Shown: piece by piece, positions 19,201 through 34,200 of the stretch
Layout of the letters: each line of letters opens with the position of its first letter
Position numbering within the stretch: the first letter of the stretch is position 1
Assembly: GCA_964525635.1 (NCBI GenBank)
Contig: CAZGJX010000005.1
Location: forward strand, 9,543-73,542
Direction of reading: 5' to 3'
Length of the DNA stretch: 64,000 nucleotides
Source of the DNA: an uncultured archaeon
Lineage (GTDB): Archaea > Asgardarchaeota > Lokiarchaeia > Sigyniarchaeales > SOKP01
Notes under the pieces: generated by a model
What the model was told of the DNA's origin: nothing
What the model saw: the letters and a program-made list of their open reading frames with translations, nothing else
Database searches by the model: none
Translations under genes and position numbers: made by a program

Positions 19201-22200
19201 ATTATTTTTGCTGTTGTCGTCATTAGATTTAATCTCTTCCCAATCTTTAGTAATTTCATGAATTGTCTCAAAAGCCACTTGTTCAATGAAGAGGGATGGG
19301 ATTGCTTTAAAAATTCTTTCACTAATAAACGATACTTCTTTACGACCTCCTAACTCCCCTGGAACTTTCATAAGAAAAAGTTTATTACCTATTACTTTAC
19401 CAAATCCATCTAATGTTGTCAGACGCTCACCAGTCTCAGAATCAACAAAATCTTCGTCACCAAAGAAGGCAGCATTGGCTATAACTCTAGCAGTAGTCTC
19501 TTTATTTATTTTTGTCTTATAAAGAGTAGAATAAAATATCATCCTGAATATATCATTAATAATTCCCGTTTCACTGATATCTTTCCCTCCCCGACCATAT
19601 AATCCTTTCCTAACCATTTTGGATGGAGATCCAATAATGATATACTTAGCTTCCTTACCATCTCCTATGTCTATAATATGTAATCCTTTCATATCAACTA
19701 TTTTAATACCCTTTATTACGAATGGTTTACTTTCTGAAAGAATTTGTCTTCCTTCAAGAGTAAAAGATTCTTCTTGAGTATCAAGAATAATAGGATTAAT
19801 AATTGTATATCTTTTACTTAAAATTTCTTTTATATCATCGATATCTGAGTTATCCAGATCAAAAGTACGAGCAAGTTCATCAAAAATTTCTTTCGGTAGG
19901 AGGAGTGACGTTGCTAAAGTTTCAAGGTTAGCACCTTCAACACCTATATATTGTCCTAAATCGACAAATTTATAAGCTTCTTTTAGTGTCTTGTAATCTT
20001 CAACCATTAATATTCCTGGTGGTAGGAATATTGATCCAATGAATGCCTGATAAAGTAAAAGATTGGGATCAAGCTTTTTATTTTCCGCATAAATATTTCC
20101 TAAATTATAATTTTCTTCGAGTAAACAAGAGAGGATTCTACTTAACCTGTAATATATTTCTCCTTGATTCTCTTTGGAGTTAGGATCGAGCTCATAAGTA
20201 GGAATTCCATCTTCAAAAGGTATACTATATAATTGAATAAATAACAATTTCATAATATTTTTTCTTAATGCTATTTCAGCAGTTGTTTTTCCTGTTCTTG
20301 TATCATATTCCTTGGTAATTACATCAAAAATATACTGTGCCAATGCTGTATAAAATTTATTTTCATTTTTCTTTTCATTTTCATTATCTGACTCAGCAAG
20401 ACCTACATATAAAGTCTCAAGCACCGTTCTAACTCTTTTTTTAACATTTTCATAATTAAAGTCCTGAGTACCTTCAATGATTTTGTCTGCAAGTTGACCC
20501 AATTTGAGAGCAAATTCACCAAAATTCTCATAATAATTCTTTTCGTCATCTTTATGATATTTTTTTCTTGCTTTTTCAATAGAATCACTAAGTTCTTTAG
20601 TATTGAAGATCCTCTCAAGATTTCTAGGATTTCCCTTTGTAGGATCACTGGCTACAAATCCCATGAATCTATCCAAGAAATACTCTATTGCTTCTATTTC
20701 TTCTATATTTTTCCCAAGGGGCTCAAGAGCTTCCCTTGTCTCCCTCTCTAGTTTTGTGCGAATAGATATCCCAGTTCCTATAGTCTCTTCTATATTCAAT
20801 ATATCTACACTTATACAACCCTCAATGTTCGCAAATCCGAAATAAGTCGCAATTTTAGAAAGTGTTGTAGTCTTATCGATAAATTTAGTATTTCCAAAAG
20901 AATCAGTGAATTCTAAATTAAGATCAATCTTCACTCCTTCTGCTTCAATTTGTATTTGTGCCAATGATAACTTATCCCTGAGTTTTTGAATTACAACTGC
21001 CTTTAATTCATTAATGGTATATTCTCCTTTTACAGGAATTTTTAACATTAAATCTTCTATGTATATCTCCTGATATTCACCAGATTCCTCATCAATATCG
21101 GCTTCCCTATTCACTTCTATAACACTATTTTTTCCCTCTACCTTCTGTGAACTATCAATAGATTCACTAATTTCCTTAATTTGTTTAATATTTTCTTGAT
21201 TCATTTCTAATTTTTCCTTGATTGCCTGAGCTTTTAATAATTCTTCTATATTAGAAAGGGGGCTTTCTTTTTTGGACCTACCTTTCTCAGGCATGCCTTC
21301 CCTATCAATAGCTAAGACTGTACTAGAAGTTGCAGAATAGGCGGCAATTTTATTATTTACGTTATTAAAAACTCTTACTTGTTGCTGTTCATCAGTCTCG
21401 GGTACAACAGGAATTGTAGGCAGTCTTTTCAAATCCTTAACAACACTATCATCAATTAATACTCTAGTATTAAGCATTAAACCTGGCTTCTTAAGACTTG
21501 AAATAACGTCTTTAAATCTCATTCTGTTATTAAGGTGAATCTGGTATGTGTGCAATAATTTCATATCAACATTATCCAGAAATTTCGAGTAGATATATTC
21601 TAAGGCAAGAGTCGAGCCTAAAGCTGAGAGACTCGGTATAAATAGGGTTAGCCCACTTGCAATAAAGAGAGCTGAAAGTTTCTTAATTGTTGGAACTGTC
21701 GCTTCCTTGCCGAAAATCTGTAGTTCGGAAATCATAGCTAAAATTGCTTCCCGTTTCTGTAGCATAACCTGTTCTTCTGATATACCGCTTGATTGCAGTA
21801 CTACATTATTTAACCAATTTTGAAAGTCCTTATTAGATTTCATTGCAACAAAAATCTGAGCATTATAGGAAAGGGATTGCTGTGAGATTTGTGCTCCTGT
21901 ACCGCTGGTAAGGAATCCAAAGAATTTGGTCTCTCTTGCACTTGTCGCAAATGTGCTTAACCAGAAGCCAAGCTCATCAGACCAGCCCATGGTTCTCGCT
22001 ATACTCCCAACGACAGTCTCAATAACTCCATCTATGATGACTTCTTGCATAACTTCTGAGACTGTGCCTACAGCGGTTCTCACCGCCATCTGAGTTAATA
22101 GATTTTTTATAATTTGCTGTGATGTTACTCTCTGAATTTGAGATGCCATTATTGAATTCAAGGCCTGCATCGCCACTTGTTTTCCTGCCATTGCCGCGGC

Positions 22201-25200
22201 CTCTGTGTATGCCTGTTTTGCAACTCCGGTTAAGTATGAGCCCAAAATGATTAGCGGAGTGGATATAATAGTCGATTGTAAGGTGAGATCCTTTGTGTAT
22301 TTCATTTCAGCGACCATTCCCGCTGACTGTGTTGCAAATGAATACTGATTAAAATAGTCCATAACCATATGAGAAGTTATCTGAGTTAAGGCAAGTTTTG
22401 CTGTCTCTTCTGTGGTGTCAGGGATTATCTTTTCGAATTCAATTTGAATTTTATAATAATATGTACCTGATGTGTATGCGTTAAGTGTGATTAATTCATT
22501 AATAGGTGTCATGAAATATAGGTCTCCAGAATCTAATACATAATCAGAATCAGAAATCTCAAGAGGATCACCTATTTGTGTGCTATCTTTATATAAATAC
22601 AATAAAATCTGTGATATAGGATATTCAAATCCGCCGATTTTAGAGGCTAATGGAATTTTGTCTTTATAATCCATAGTAATTTCCTCTTTTGAGAGCTCCT
22701 GAGTAGTAATTCCCCTAGTATTTTCTATTTGGGGAAGGGCAACCTCTATTGTAAGATATCCTGTCGTTAAATCATATTTCCTCAATTGGTCATAATGATC
22801 TTGGTCGACCACCAAAGGTTTATAAAGAGCTTCATTAAATCCTCCTTCTATATCTGAGAAAATATAGGTTGGAGCACCATCGATACAGGTTGGGATCACC
22901 GAACTAAGTGTTCCATTCGTCTCCCTAGAGATGGCATAGCTCACATATCCAAGCGTATTTTCCTGATATTGTGTATATAAATCTGTAGAACCTCCACTTT
23001 GGTGGTACCTATAGAATGGGATGTCATTATATGTATAGAGCTCACTTGAGACTAAAAAGAAATCTAAATTCTTATGATCAAAAGGTAATTGCTCGTCTGG
23101 GGGAGTAAAATCTATAAGCCCTCCTGTTAGTAGAAAACTGGCAAGATTAGAATATACACTTACAGCCCTATCTCCATTTGGAGGGGACGCTATAACATGG
23201 GCAGTATAATCATTTCCAGGATTGCCCCCCACCACTCTTGTATAATAAGCCCCTGTATGCCCTGTCAGCGCTGCTGGAAGGCTCTCACCCCAGAAATCGT
23301 CCCAGTAGTCTTTCTCATTAAGAGATTTGGGACTTCTTCTATTTACATTCTCAGGATAGAAAGTGTCTGCGGTCTGAACTGAGGTCATTTCATGCATTTT
23401 CAAATCCATAAAATATTTAGTAAGCAGGGAATACACAGCAAAATAGGCAGCATGAGCTAAACTTGTTGCTGTGCCATATGATAAAATAGTAATTAATGAG
23501 CTTGCAGCAGAAGCGATTAACGTCGACAGTACCTGCTCTCCTACATCTCCTAAAAATTGAGCATCATATTCTTTCCAGATTCTACTATATTCTCGCTTCC
23601 TGGCTTCATAGAATAATTGAGGATATTTCGAGATTTGACTGCTCCTATTAACCAATTTTCTCACTTCAAAGATATGGTCTTTTGCAACCAGTCCATCGTC
23701 TATATTTACTGGAAAAAGTAATCTCTCATTATCTAATCTTTCATATTTATATCTCCAGTTCGAGCCATATATTTTATGACCTTCCTTTGAAAGAATGTCG
23801 GTATAATCATCTCTAAGAGTCTCATATGGGCTTTCTACCTGTTTCCTAATATACGGACAGAAGCTATATTGCGTGGGAGTCCCGTAAATATATCCAACTG
23901 AAATTACGTTATACTTGCCATCACAGTTACTATCATTTTCAACAATATAGACAACATCATATAAGCCATCACTGTTGGAGTCTACATAAAAGTAGCTACC
24001 GGATGTCTTGGCGCCCCAACTATTTTTAAATGAGTCCTTGTCAGAGGTGTAATATACCCGTCCATCCGGAGGGGTTATAAACACTCCCGTAATAGCAAGT
24101 TCAACATCTCCCACAGCATTCGAACCTTTATTGTAGTCGTAATAGGTGCTAAATCTATTGGGAAGGACAAGGGTAATTTCTGTCTCATAGAAATTGACGA
24201 TCTCATCACTTCCATCCTCATTTAAAATTTGAATTGAATCGTATTTTATTGGGATTGCATCTTTTCCATAATCTTGCCAAGTCTCTTGTGTATAACCATT
24301 TATAGTTATAGGGGTATAAATAGCATTTGCTACGTTAAGAGAGACTTCGGATTCGACACCTAATTCAAGATCCCTTATTATACGCTTTCCTTCTCTCGCT
24401 AAATTAAAAGACATTCCAATTTGTCCATCATCAAAGAGATCGCGATAACTTCTAATTGAGATTACTTCTCCTTTCTCAAATTCCTGAACTGTAATAACCT
24501 CTGACTTCACATCTTCCTTAAGAGATTCTACTCCCAATTGAGTATATTTTCTATAGGTTGCCTGTAAAGTAGATTCTAATCCAGGATAAAGATAGGTAAA
24601 TCCATCTGGGTAATCAAAATCATAGTTATCTAATTTTTCTTCAGTTAAGATTTCATTAAATATTGCATCTTCTCCACCTCCTCCGCACAATCGATCCCAA
24701 GAGGCAACCGTATAATCTACGATGTAGTTTTTCACATTCCTTGGCTTACCAGCAATTATTGCTCTCTCTTCCTTATAATTCTTTACGTGAGATATTGTAG
24801 TCTCGCTTTCATAGGTTATTTTCTTATCTGCATATGAATCGCGGTCCTCATCAACAGAAATCATATAATATTTTGAGGTAATTTCTCCGAAAATCTGAGT
24901 AGAATCCTGCATAAACTTTTGAGCATAATAATCCACATCAGGGAGAAAGATTCTGGCTACTGTCTCGAGCAAGGCAAGAGTGTTAAATATTCCGAATCCA
25001 AGCCCTAAGATTGTGGCTAAATTAAATTCATAGTCAGCAAATAAGCTATCGTCGATATCGAACCATTGCGTTCTCATTACCTTTCCTTGCGAAATATTGA
25101 AGAAAGAAGATGTAAGTGTTGAGTCTTGAATAATGGTATGCCAAATAATACTATTTTCTGTAGCATTGAGAAATCCGTATTTTGTGATATCAAATACGCC

Positions 25201-28200
25201 ATCTCTATCAATATCGATAATTTGTTTATAATCTGGATTTTGATCCATATCTAAATCGCATTCCAAAATTATATTATATGGATCGTAATAGATTTGAAAA
25301 TCTTCAAATAAGTTTGATGTATCAAATAACTCTGCTGTAAGATCTGACTCTGCCCGTGAATAATTAAGAGCTGTAAATGAGGTATAATCAGAAACAATTG
25401 CATCATGATCTTGAGAAAAAAGGATATATCCATCATTATATGCATATTCAAAAGAGATGGATAAGTACTCATAGAAAGAATCTTCTATATTGGAAAGGTA
25501 ATCACTTCTAAATTGTTCTGATAATGTTAATAGCGTAAAACTTGATACAGGTCCTGTTGTATAATTAAAACTTATAGTAATATAATCATAATCAAAAAGA
25601 GGCGTACCTCCTAAAGTTATAATCGTGAATGTATTATCAATCTTATCTAATGTAAAATAATAATTGCTATAGTCGTTTCTAATTTCTGACCTAGTAAGGT
25701 TTGGAAAGACGCCAACTACATTATAAAGTTCAAAATTTGTGAAATTAGTAGCAAATGGCTGCTCAACATTAAATTTATGAATGTAAGTATCGGAAGACCT
25801 ATCATATACAGTAAACGATTCTTGATAGAATTGTTCTATATTATAATCATAAGAATCACTATTATCAATTACTTCTCCTAAAAACATTTCATATCTTGGA
25901 GTTAATGGAAATCCACTCTGACTATAATATATTTCAAGGGAGTTAGCATCTATATTTTCGTAATTAAGAGCAATTGGAACTTTCCATGAAGTGTTTGTAC
26001 AGTAATTAACGTAAAACGTACTGTTAGGATCAACCATGTGGGGTAATGCAATTTCAGATCCTAGAAAATCTTGATATCTATCAAATTCATCATTCCAAGT
26101 AAGCGATCTATTAGCATCGTGATAAATTAGCTGGTCATTTACTCCCAACGCTCCCGCTGAATAATAAATATAATTATCATCAATAATATGAATATAATTT
26201 AACCATATATCTTGAGTATCGCTATCACCAAATAATAATGGTTCATTTTCAAACGCAAGAGTATAGGAATCATCAGTTGGATTATCACCTGCTGTGAATT
26301 CCTCTGTCTCTGTAAATCTCCAGATTCTTGTATCAAAAGAACTACTTCCAGAAGTACCTTCAATGATTTCGACAATTTCTATTTGATCAATTGTTATTTC
26401 ATATGAAAGATGAGGTGCCGAAATTAGTAAATGAGAAAATTCAACCATGCTGTCAATAGCATGTGCCTCAAATTCGGTAAGATTTAATTCAAATCTGACT
26501 TCTTTAAATGAGTTGGTGATCTCTGTATCAAATGGCGTTATTGGAAGTTCAATGTGATAATAATAATCGTCGGTAAACTGCTCATAAGCAGTGCTGCTTG
26601 ATGCGTTCACAAGCATTATCTCAGCTTCATAGTTAAGATCGTCATAAAGTGCATGTTTCTTGTTGAAATAGGTCTTCTCTATTCCGATAGAGACAGAGTG
26701 CTCCAAGGGAGTCTCATATCGTATGATAAATACATCCCCATCGGCAAATTCCAAATGATTGGTTGAATTGAAAGGATCAATAAATATGCTCGGAATTTCT
26801 AGAATATATACATCTTGCCCTAAGACATCTTTTTCAACCCTATATACATAGTTGATGTCCTCTGGTAGGGCAATATAGTTCAGCTCAATATCCCATAAAT
26901 AGACAGATTCCACCTGCCCCTCATTTAAGGGAGCTGAGAGCTCAAATTCCATATATGAGACTCCTTCACGCTCTAAAAGATCCTCTGTGGACCATACTGC
27001 ATAGTCTATAGTCGATACTTTTGTATTAGAAGGATGATACGGTCCTTGGTCTGTAAATTGGGGAATAATAGATATTTTCTGAAGGGTATTTACACTAATA
27101 GGTAAATTAACCTCAATATTGGAATCCCACATCACAAGATCTTCAATTGAGATTTCCTGTGTATATCCCTCAATAATACCTGTAGTATCATTTAATATAA
27201 TAATAATTGAGTCTAATGCATTATAATTCTCAATTAGAGCATTGAAAACAAGGGAGGAGTATTCTCCTCGATGAATGCTCTCAAGAAGATCAGGGCTGAA
27301 CCATGATAATTCACCTGCTAAATCAAATACAAGAGTCTCACCCCTCTCTAGATGAGCTCCTATCTGAGTCGCATAACAGCTTACATTATTGTAAGAGCTC
27401 TCACCATAGTCGGCAAACCAATGTGCTCCAAGATTAGGTATCGTATCAAGAGGCTCACCATCCATAACAGTCCAATAATTGAGATCAAGTGGTCTCTCAT
27501 TATCCAATGGTGAGTAAGAAAATTTATATGAATTAAATGCTTGATCGTTAAGGGATGGAATGAATGAAATCCAGAACTCGTATATGTTATTAATTGCAAC
27601 AATATCATTGCCATCGTCTAGCAATGTTATTGTATGAGAGGTTGTATCTATTGTATAATGGCTTTCATCAAGAATTTGTAAAAGTCCTTTCTCGTTATAG
27701 TAATGGATTCTAACAGAGGGAGTTCCATCTACCTCCTCATATACATCTATAGATTCATTTAATCCTATTGGAATATAATCATATGTATATTGAGGGTTAT
27801 TATAATTAAATTCGTGCTTTTCATCATAATAATTCCTCTCATTTAGACGATAACTTAAATATAACATATAAGTACTGTCAAGTGATAATCCGTATTCAAA
27901 CGGTGTAATGATTGAGCCTCCTGATAGTTTTCTGTATCTCTCTCTATAGTTAATCAATGGATTGTCTGAAACATCTGTAGCAGCATCATCGAGCAGTTGT
28001 TCGAAGGAATGAGACCAAGGATAAATAACTGTTAAGAAATGCTTTCTATCAAGGAGAGTTGGAGCTTGTTTGTAATAATATTGGATAGTGATCTGAGAGC
28101 CAGGAGTAATATTTGTCTCATTAAGGATGATGTTATTATCTACTATGCCAACTACATATTTATCAAATTCAGCATCAATATTTGAAGTATAAGGACCATT

Positions 28201-31200
28201 AACACCTATCGTAATTGTGATATAGTAATCGCTAAATTGAGAATCTAACCTATTGTAAACAAATGGTGTCTGGGAGAGTCTATATTTTGTCTGCCTTGAT
28301 TCATATTTAATATGAATAATTGATGTAGAATCTTCAAGAAGCTCAAATCCATCAGGGATATCGTGCTTAAATGCTGTATAATTGAGATAATATCTCCAAG
28401 TAGTTGTATTATCTTCTATTATATATTTATTAGCAGTGCCAATGGTATACCTCTGAATTGTGCCTGTATTTTCTCCATCCCAGATTTGACAACCTACATG
28501 TGTAAAAATATCGATACTAAACTGGTCTGATGGAACAACATTTAATATTGAAAATCCTTCAAGCTCATTTGAATTTGAATCCTCATAATCTACATAAATC
28601 TTACTTCTTAAAGTTGGTTGAAAAGTAAAACTATCTTGGGTGCTGAAAATATAATCTTGAGATACAGTTCCCCAATCCAGTGAATAATAGGAGACCTCAA
28701 AAGACTCACCAAAATTAAGGTCTGGATGGAGTGTAAATTCATTTATGCTTTTATATGAATAATCCCAAACAAGTCGGGTAATAAGTGGATCTTCTGGACT
28801 TTCTCTTAAATAATAATCAATTCCTTCGTTAAATAACGCATATGCCCAGAAATCCAACATAATTAAATTATCTATAGCAGAATTATTCACCTCTTCTAGG
28901 GAAATTGTAAATAAAAGATATTTAGAACCATTATTTAGATATTGAACTGAGTAATTACCTTCGGGTATAATATTCTCAGATGGAATAAATGAATTACTCT
29001 CAAGATTGGTATTTACATTGCAATATGTACCATCGGTATACTCACCTGTTGGGTAGCCTTGAATAGAGAGATCATATTGATAAGGCTCTCCAATCTGGCG
29101 GATTGAGGAGATTGCTACATCATCAAGTAATCGTAAGCCAAATGTAGTATTAGTATGAATATGAGGTCCAAAGAGGTCCAATACCTCTGATTGCGATACC
29201 ACATTCCTTGCCAAATCAAATAATTGATGGTATAACACTGTCCCTCTTACATCAACCTCCCTTGTAGATAGGAACTGGTCTGTAAGAATGATAGTGTCGT
29301 TCCATGAGGTTGCTTTCATATATCCATTGTTATTTGTAAGAGAAGAGGTATAATCGGCTTTATATAAATCATCAGCATATCTTATTCTGCAATCTTTTTC
29401 ATGAGAGGTCTGACCTGAGACTTCTGTCTGAGCTCCTGAATAGAGTGATAAGTATCCTTCTTCATAGCGTGTCTCTTCTAAATTGTAAGAGTTAAACAAA
29501 AGTCCTAAGTTTGTAATCATATTAAAGTCGTCATCAGAGATAGTTAGAGTCTCTTGTGTTCCTATGTAATTAAATTCATAATTATTTAGAGATACAAGAT
29601 CAGCATAATCCATGTCTTCCACGGCTATGGTTATTTGAGAATTCTCCCGTAAATTAAATGGTGAGGCTGGAAGATATGGATACAATTCGCTATTACGAAG
29701 GGGCTCAGATAGAATTTGATAATAGTGATTTGTAGATACAACAGATTGCACGTCCATATTACCGAGCCGATCCTTTGGCATAAAATCATACATTTCCACC
29801 AAATGTGTATCGCATATATATTCCCAAGTATCAAGCAATATATATGATAAATACTCAACACTTTCTCCTTCTTGCGACAATACAATGAATACGTTGGTAT
29901 TTCCAATACCAAAGGCATTATAGAGTGCATCCAAATTAATTGATTTTGTAACTCGATAAATACCATTATCTAATTGAGAACTTATTTCATCATAATTCAG
30001 CGAAATATTGAGACTATCATGATAATATCCATTTGTCTGGAAATTATCAAAATAAAAATCTATTATTAAAGAATTATCTCCTTGAAGTGCCTTTAGTTGA
30101 TCGACTATAATTTGATCAAAGACAAATGAGACATTTACCTCTGGAGAAGCCAACAAGGGAAGATCGTATAACTGTAGGACCGTCTCATTTTCATCAAGGC
30201 CAATATAGATAACAGAATCATCAAGTTCAACTGAAGGAAATGGTTCGCTAAGAGGGTTAATAATGCTATTCATAATATCCTCATCATTGTAAATTAGACG
30301 AATTGAGTTGCTATATCTCCTATCTTGCTTCTGGAATCCATATCCTAACTCATAGGAAGTCTTAAGTCCGTAAATAATCGTAAAGTCCTGAGCTGGGGCA
30401 TTTGTAAAGTTAACTATTGGATGTCCATTTGTATCTATGTCTATTGAAACATCTCCGCCTGAAAGAGTTTCTAACTCATCTTTGTTGTAAATAATGACAT
30501 CATCAATATTTAGTGTCTGAAGAGTATAGTCAAGGGAGTATTCCATACTCCCAGTTCCAGAAGCACATTCCTGTTTGTATTGCATGTACATGGGTGATCT
30601 GGCATCTTCACTACTAGGAAGGAAATTATCTATAAATTTAAATGAGATTTCTGTTGAATTAATACTGTTAGATTGTGGTCCAAGCGATATTTTCCCAAAA
30701 TAATTATTCCAATTATTGGTCTCAAAATTAAATTCAAATGTATATATAACTTTAAAATCACTTTGATTATCTGGTACCATATAATCGTTATTAAATGTAA
30801 TCATTGATTGTTCTAAAAGCGCATTTCCTTCGTTAGCAGTCCAATCAACTTCTTTTACAAATTCATATTCCTCCTTATTTTGTAATCCTTGAATGGATAT
30901 TGGGATTATTTCTACCAAACCAAGCAACTCAAGAAGATTGCTATTGGAATCAATAGAATAGGATTCTACTTCAGGATCATAGGTATGCTTGACCTCAATT
31001 CCATATTCTACATCATCAGATATTCCTCCTAATGTGAGAAGACCTGACTGACTTGAGATCACATTAGGATCGATCTCTAAAGGAAATTCTGTTGATTCAA
31101 ACTGATCTTTAAAGAAAGACCATGTTGTATTTGGATTAGAGGAGCTAGGATTCTTTTCTACTCTTAGGTCTAATAAAAATATATCTATATTTCTATTTTC

Positions 31201-34200
31201 ATTATAAATTGTATCTAACGTAGTCTTTTCTATATTAAACGTAATATTTACAATATTATTAACTCCCATGAGGAAGGCATCTTCAGGACCCAATCCTATA
31301 TCAAAATCAAGGAAACCTTCCCGATTTAATGGTCTTAGATGAATGTTATTCCGCAACATGAAAGGTTCGGAACTCCCATCATCATTTATAATCTCACATG
31401 AGGCGCTTAATTCTATATAATCCTGAATGGAAAGTTCCTGTCCAGATGAGAAGTAAGGAGCAACAAATATGGTACCTATAATATGGGGGTAATTGCTTTC
31501 GAAAATCATCTCATTAGAACCGCTATAGGCATCCCCCCATGCGTTAATATAACTGTTGATCAAATCAATTTTCGTGTTTTTCTCTCCGAATTTAAGGTAA
31601 TTGGGCGGTAAGACTTCTAGAGGCATTCGAACGACAGGAGAAGCTTTGTAATTTTCAGTCTCTTCCACCTGTATGGTAATCAGTGATATACCAGGTCCTA
31701 ATCTCTCAAGTAAGGAGATCATAGTTTCATTATTAATTATTATTCTTCCACCATCATAGGTCTCTTCAATTTCTTTATAGTAAGATCCTTGAAGGTTGCC
31801 TGCTGGATCATGGAAGTTAACTATTGCATAATAAGTATGATTGCCTGTCAAGATATTAGTTGATGTTGGCTCTAATTCTGTCTGGCTGTAGACTTTTCTT
31901 AAAAATTGTGTGGATTTTCCTTCAGCATTTGGAATCGGGTTTGCTTCTGTCACTCTAAGATGGAGTACTAAATCCTCATAGATTTCTCGTTCTTGCTGAT
32001 ATGGGTCGTCAGGCCTTAAATCAGGTAACTTATATGAGTAGAAATCACCTGCTCCCAATGCAATGTCTTTATGATAGAGATTTATAATTCCTTCTGCATA
32101 TGTAGAATCCCTTAGTTTCATGTCTGCAAAATCATAGTTAAGGGGATAATTTATTCCATCAAAAATAGTATTATTTTCAGAGCAAAGATATTGATCTGGA
32201 TTAATTATTGCAAAATCTTGCCATGAGTAATCTGAATATCCGAAAGGAGTGGTAAATGCTCTTATGTATAATGATATGTTTTCTATGGATTGAACTGATT
32301 CTAAGGAGCCAAAGATATCAAGAAAATCTGCGATATAATCTTGATCAAAATTTAAATTAAAGGAGACTTCCCCTTTTGCATCAGTAATACCCCAATTCCA
32401 ATAATAAGGACCATATTTTTCATTGTCATAAATTGTAGCAGTATCATATAAATCTGGTCTTGAAAACATTTTTTTAGAACCGACTCCAGGACCTGTATAT
32501 GTAATTGGATCTGTCCCAAGACTTTCATAATATGTTGGGTTACCCTCCTCGTCCACTATCATATTATTAATGAATCCTGTCTCACTCTTAGGAACAAATC
32601 CAATGCATAGCCATACAATTGAATTATTGATGCCGATTTGTTGAGCATCATTCATCTCTGATAATTTAAATGTGAATACATGCTCATCCTTTACAGTTGT
32701 ATATATTCTTATTGATGAATATTCTTCTCCCTCTTCTAATGTCTCTGCTGGATTTGTAGTAAATAAATAGTCTCTTTCGTTAATGAAATTAGAATTAATT
32801 ATTGTTGTCTGGTCAGTAAAGTCATCAAGCAGTTCTAACTTGATTTTTTTAGGAATTGTCGTAATTTTAAATGATCTCTCCCAATTTCCCTCTTTATATG
32901 AATGAATTTTACCGTATTCCCTATTATAATTAATCATTTCAGTACTATTGGATGTAAGGTTATAGAGACTTAGGGGAAGATATAGTAATTTCATGTTCAC
33001 TAGGGTTTTTCCGCCTCCAATTGGAAGTGATAATCTTCCATTAACACTTAGCTTCTCTTCATATCTAAACTCTCCTGTAGCCTCTATTGGGATAGAATCT
33101 ATAGCAATATAATTTCCTTTTTCATCTTGCATAGTAAGAAGAAGATTTGAGCCTAAATCTATTTGTTCTGTAAGAGGGGCATGATATTTTATCTCAAATT
33201 TATCATAGATAGTAAACCCTCCTTCAGCTAAGATCGAATTATGAATGTCCTTAAAATATATTAAATAACCATCATTGGATATGTAATAATCACTTTCATT
33301 AAGTTCATAATACTTTCCAGTATCATTATAGGCTCTTATATATTCGATTGTAGAGAGACAAGTTGTTAATGGATGTACTGTTTTTACAGGTTTATATCCA
33401 TAGTACACAACTTTAAAAATATCTCCATCTTCGTAAGGAAGATTATATACTTTTAATTGTCCTTGGGAATTTATTTCATATTGATATTCACTTTCTCCAA
33501 GCTCTACAAACATAATATCATTACTTTTATTAACATAAACAGCATCTAGCATTACAACTCCCGTCTGTATAATCTGAGAATCATCTGTATAGGGAACACC
33601 ATTTAACCAAGGAGTAGAAGCACCGGAAATATCTGAATATAACAACTCTTTCTGTATATAAAATGATTCAATAAATTCTTCTTCAGTTCTGAATTCACGG
33701 GAAATTGCGTCATATCTTGCAAATTCAACTTCAGTGAGGTATTCGCGCTTATCATTTCCAAACTGATCAAGGGGACCATATGACATTGGAGAAAGAGGCC
33801 TTCCTTTTTGCATTGTATAGCTCACAAGTATATGAGTATCATAATCAATGAACTCAGAAGTTTTTGAATTCCAATACATATTGAGACGGTATTGATTATC
33901 AATATAGGAAATTGCTGGAATTTCTGATAGATGCACGTCATCAAAAATTTGTTTTCCTCCAATAGATGAGTATAATGGAATTATTTTAAGGTCATTGTCT
34001 AAATAATAAACAGCAAATTCAGATGTGGAGATAAAATCGTTATCGTCAAAGGGAGCTTTTATATCTAGGAAATGTACTGTCTTTCCGTCAAGAGCTTCCT
34101 GATATTCATATGAATAGACACGATCTTCCACCAGATATTTATCATTATCAAGTATCATTCCCTCTAAAAGAAGAGTTTCACTCAAACTGTCGAATTCAAG

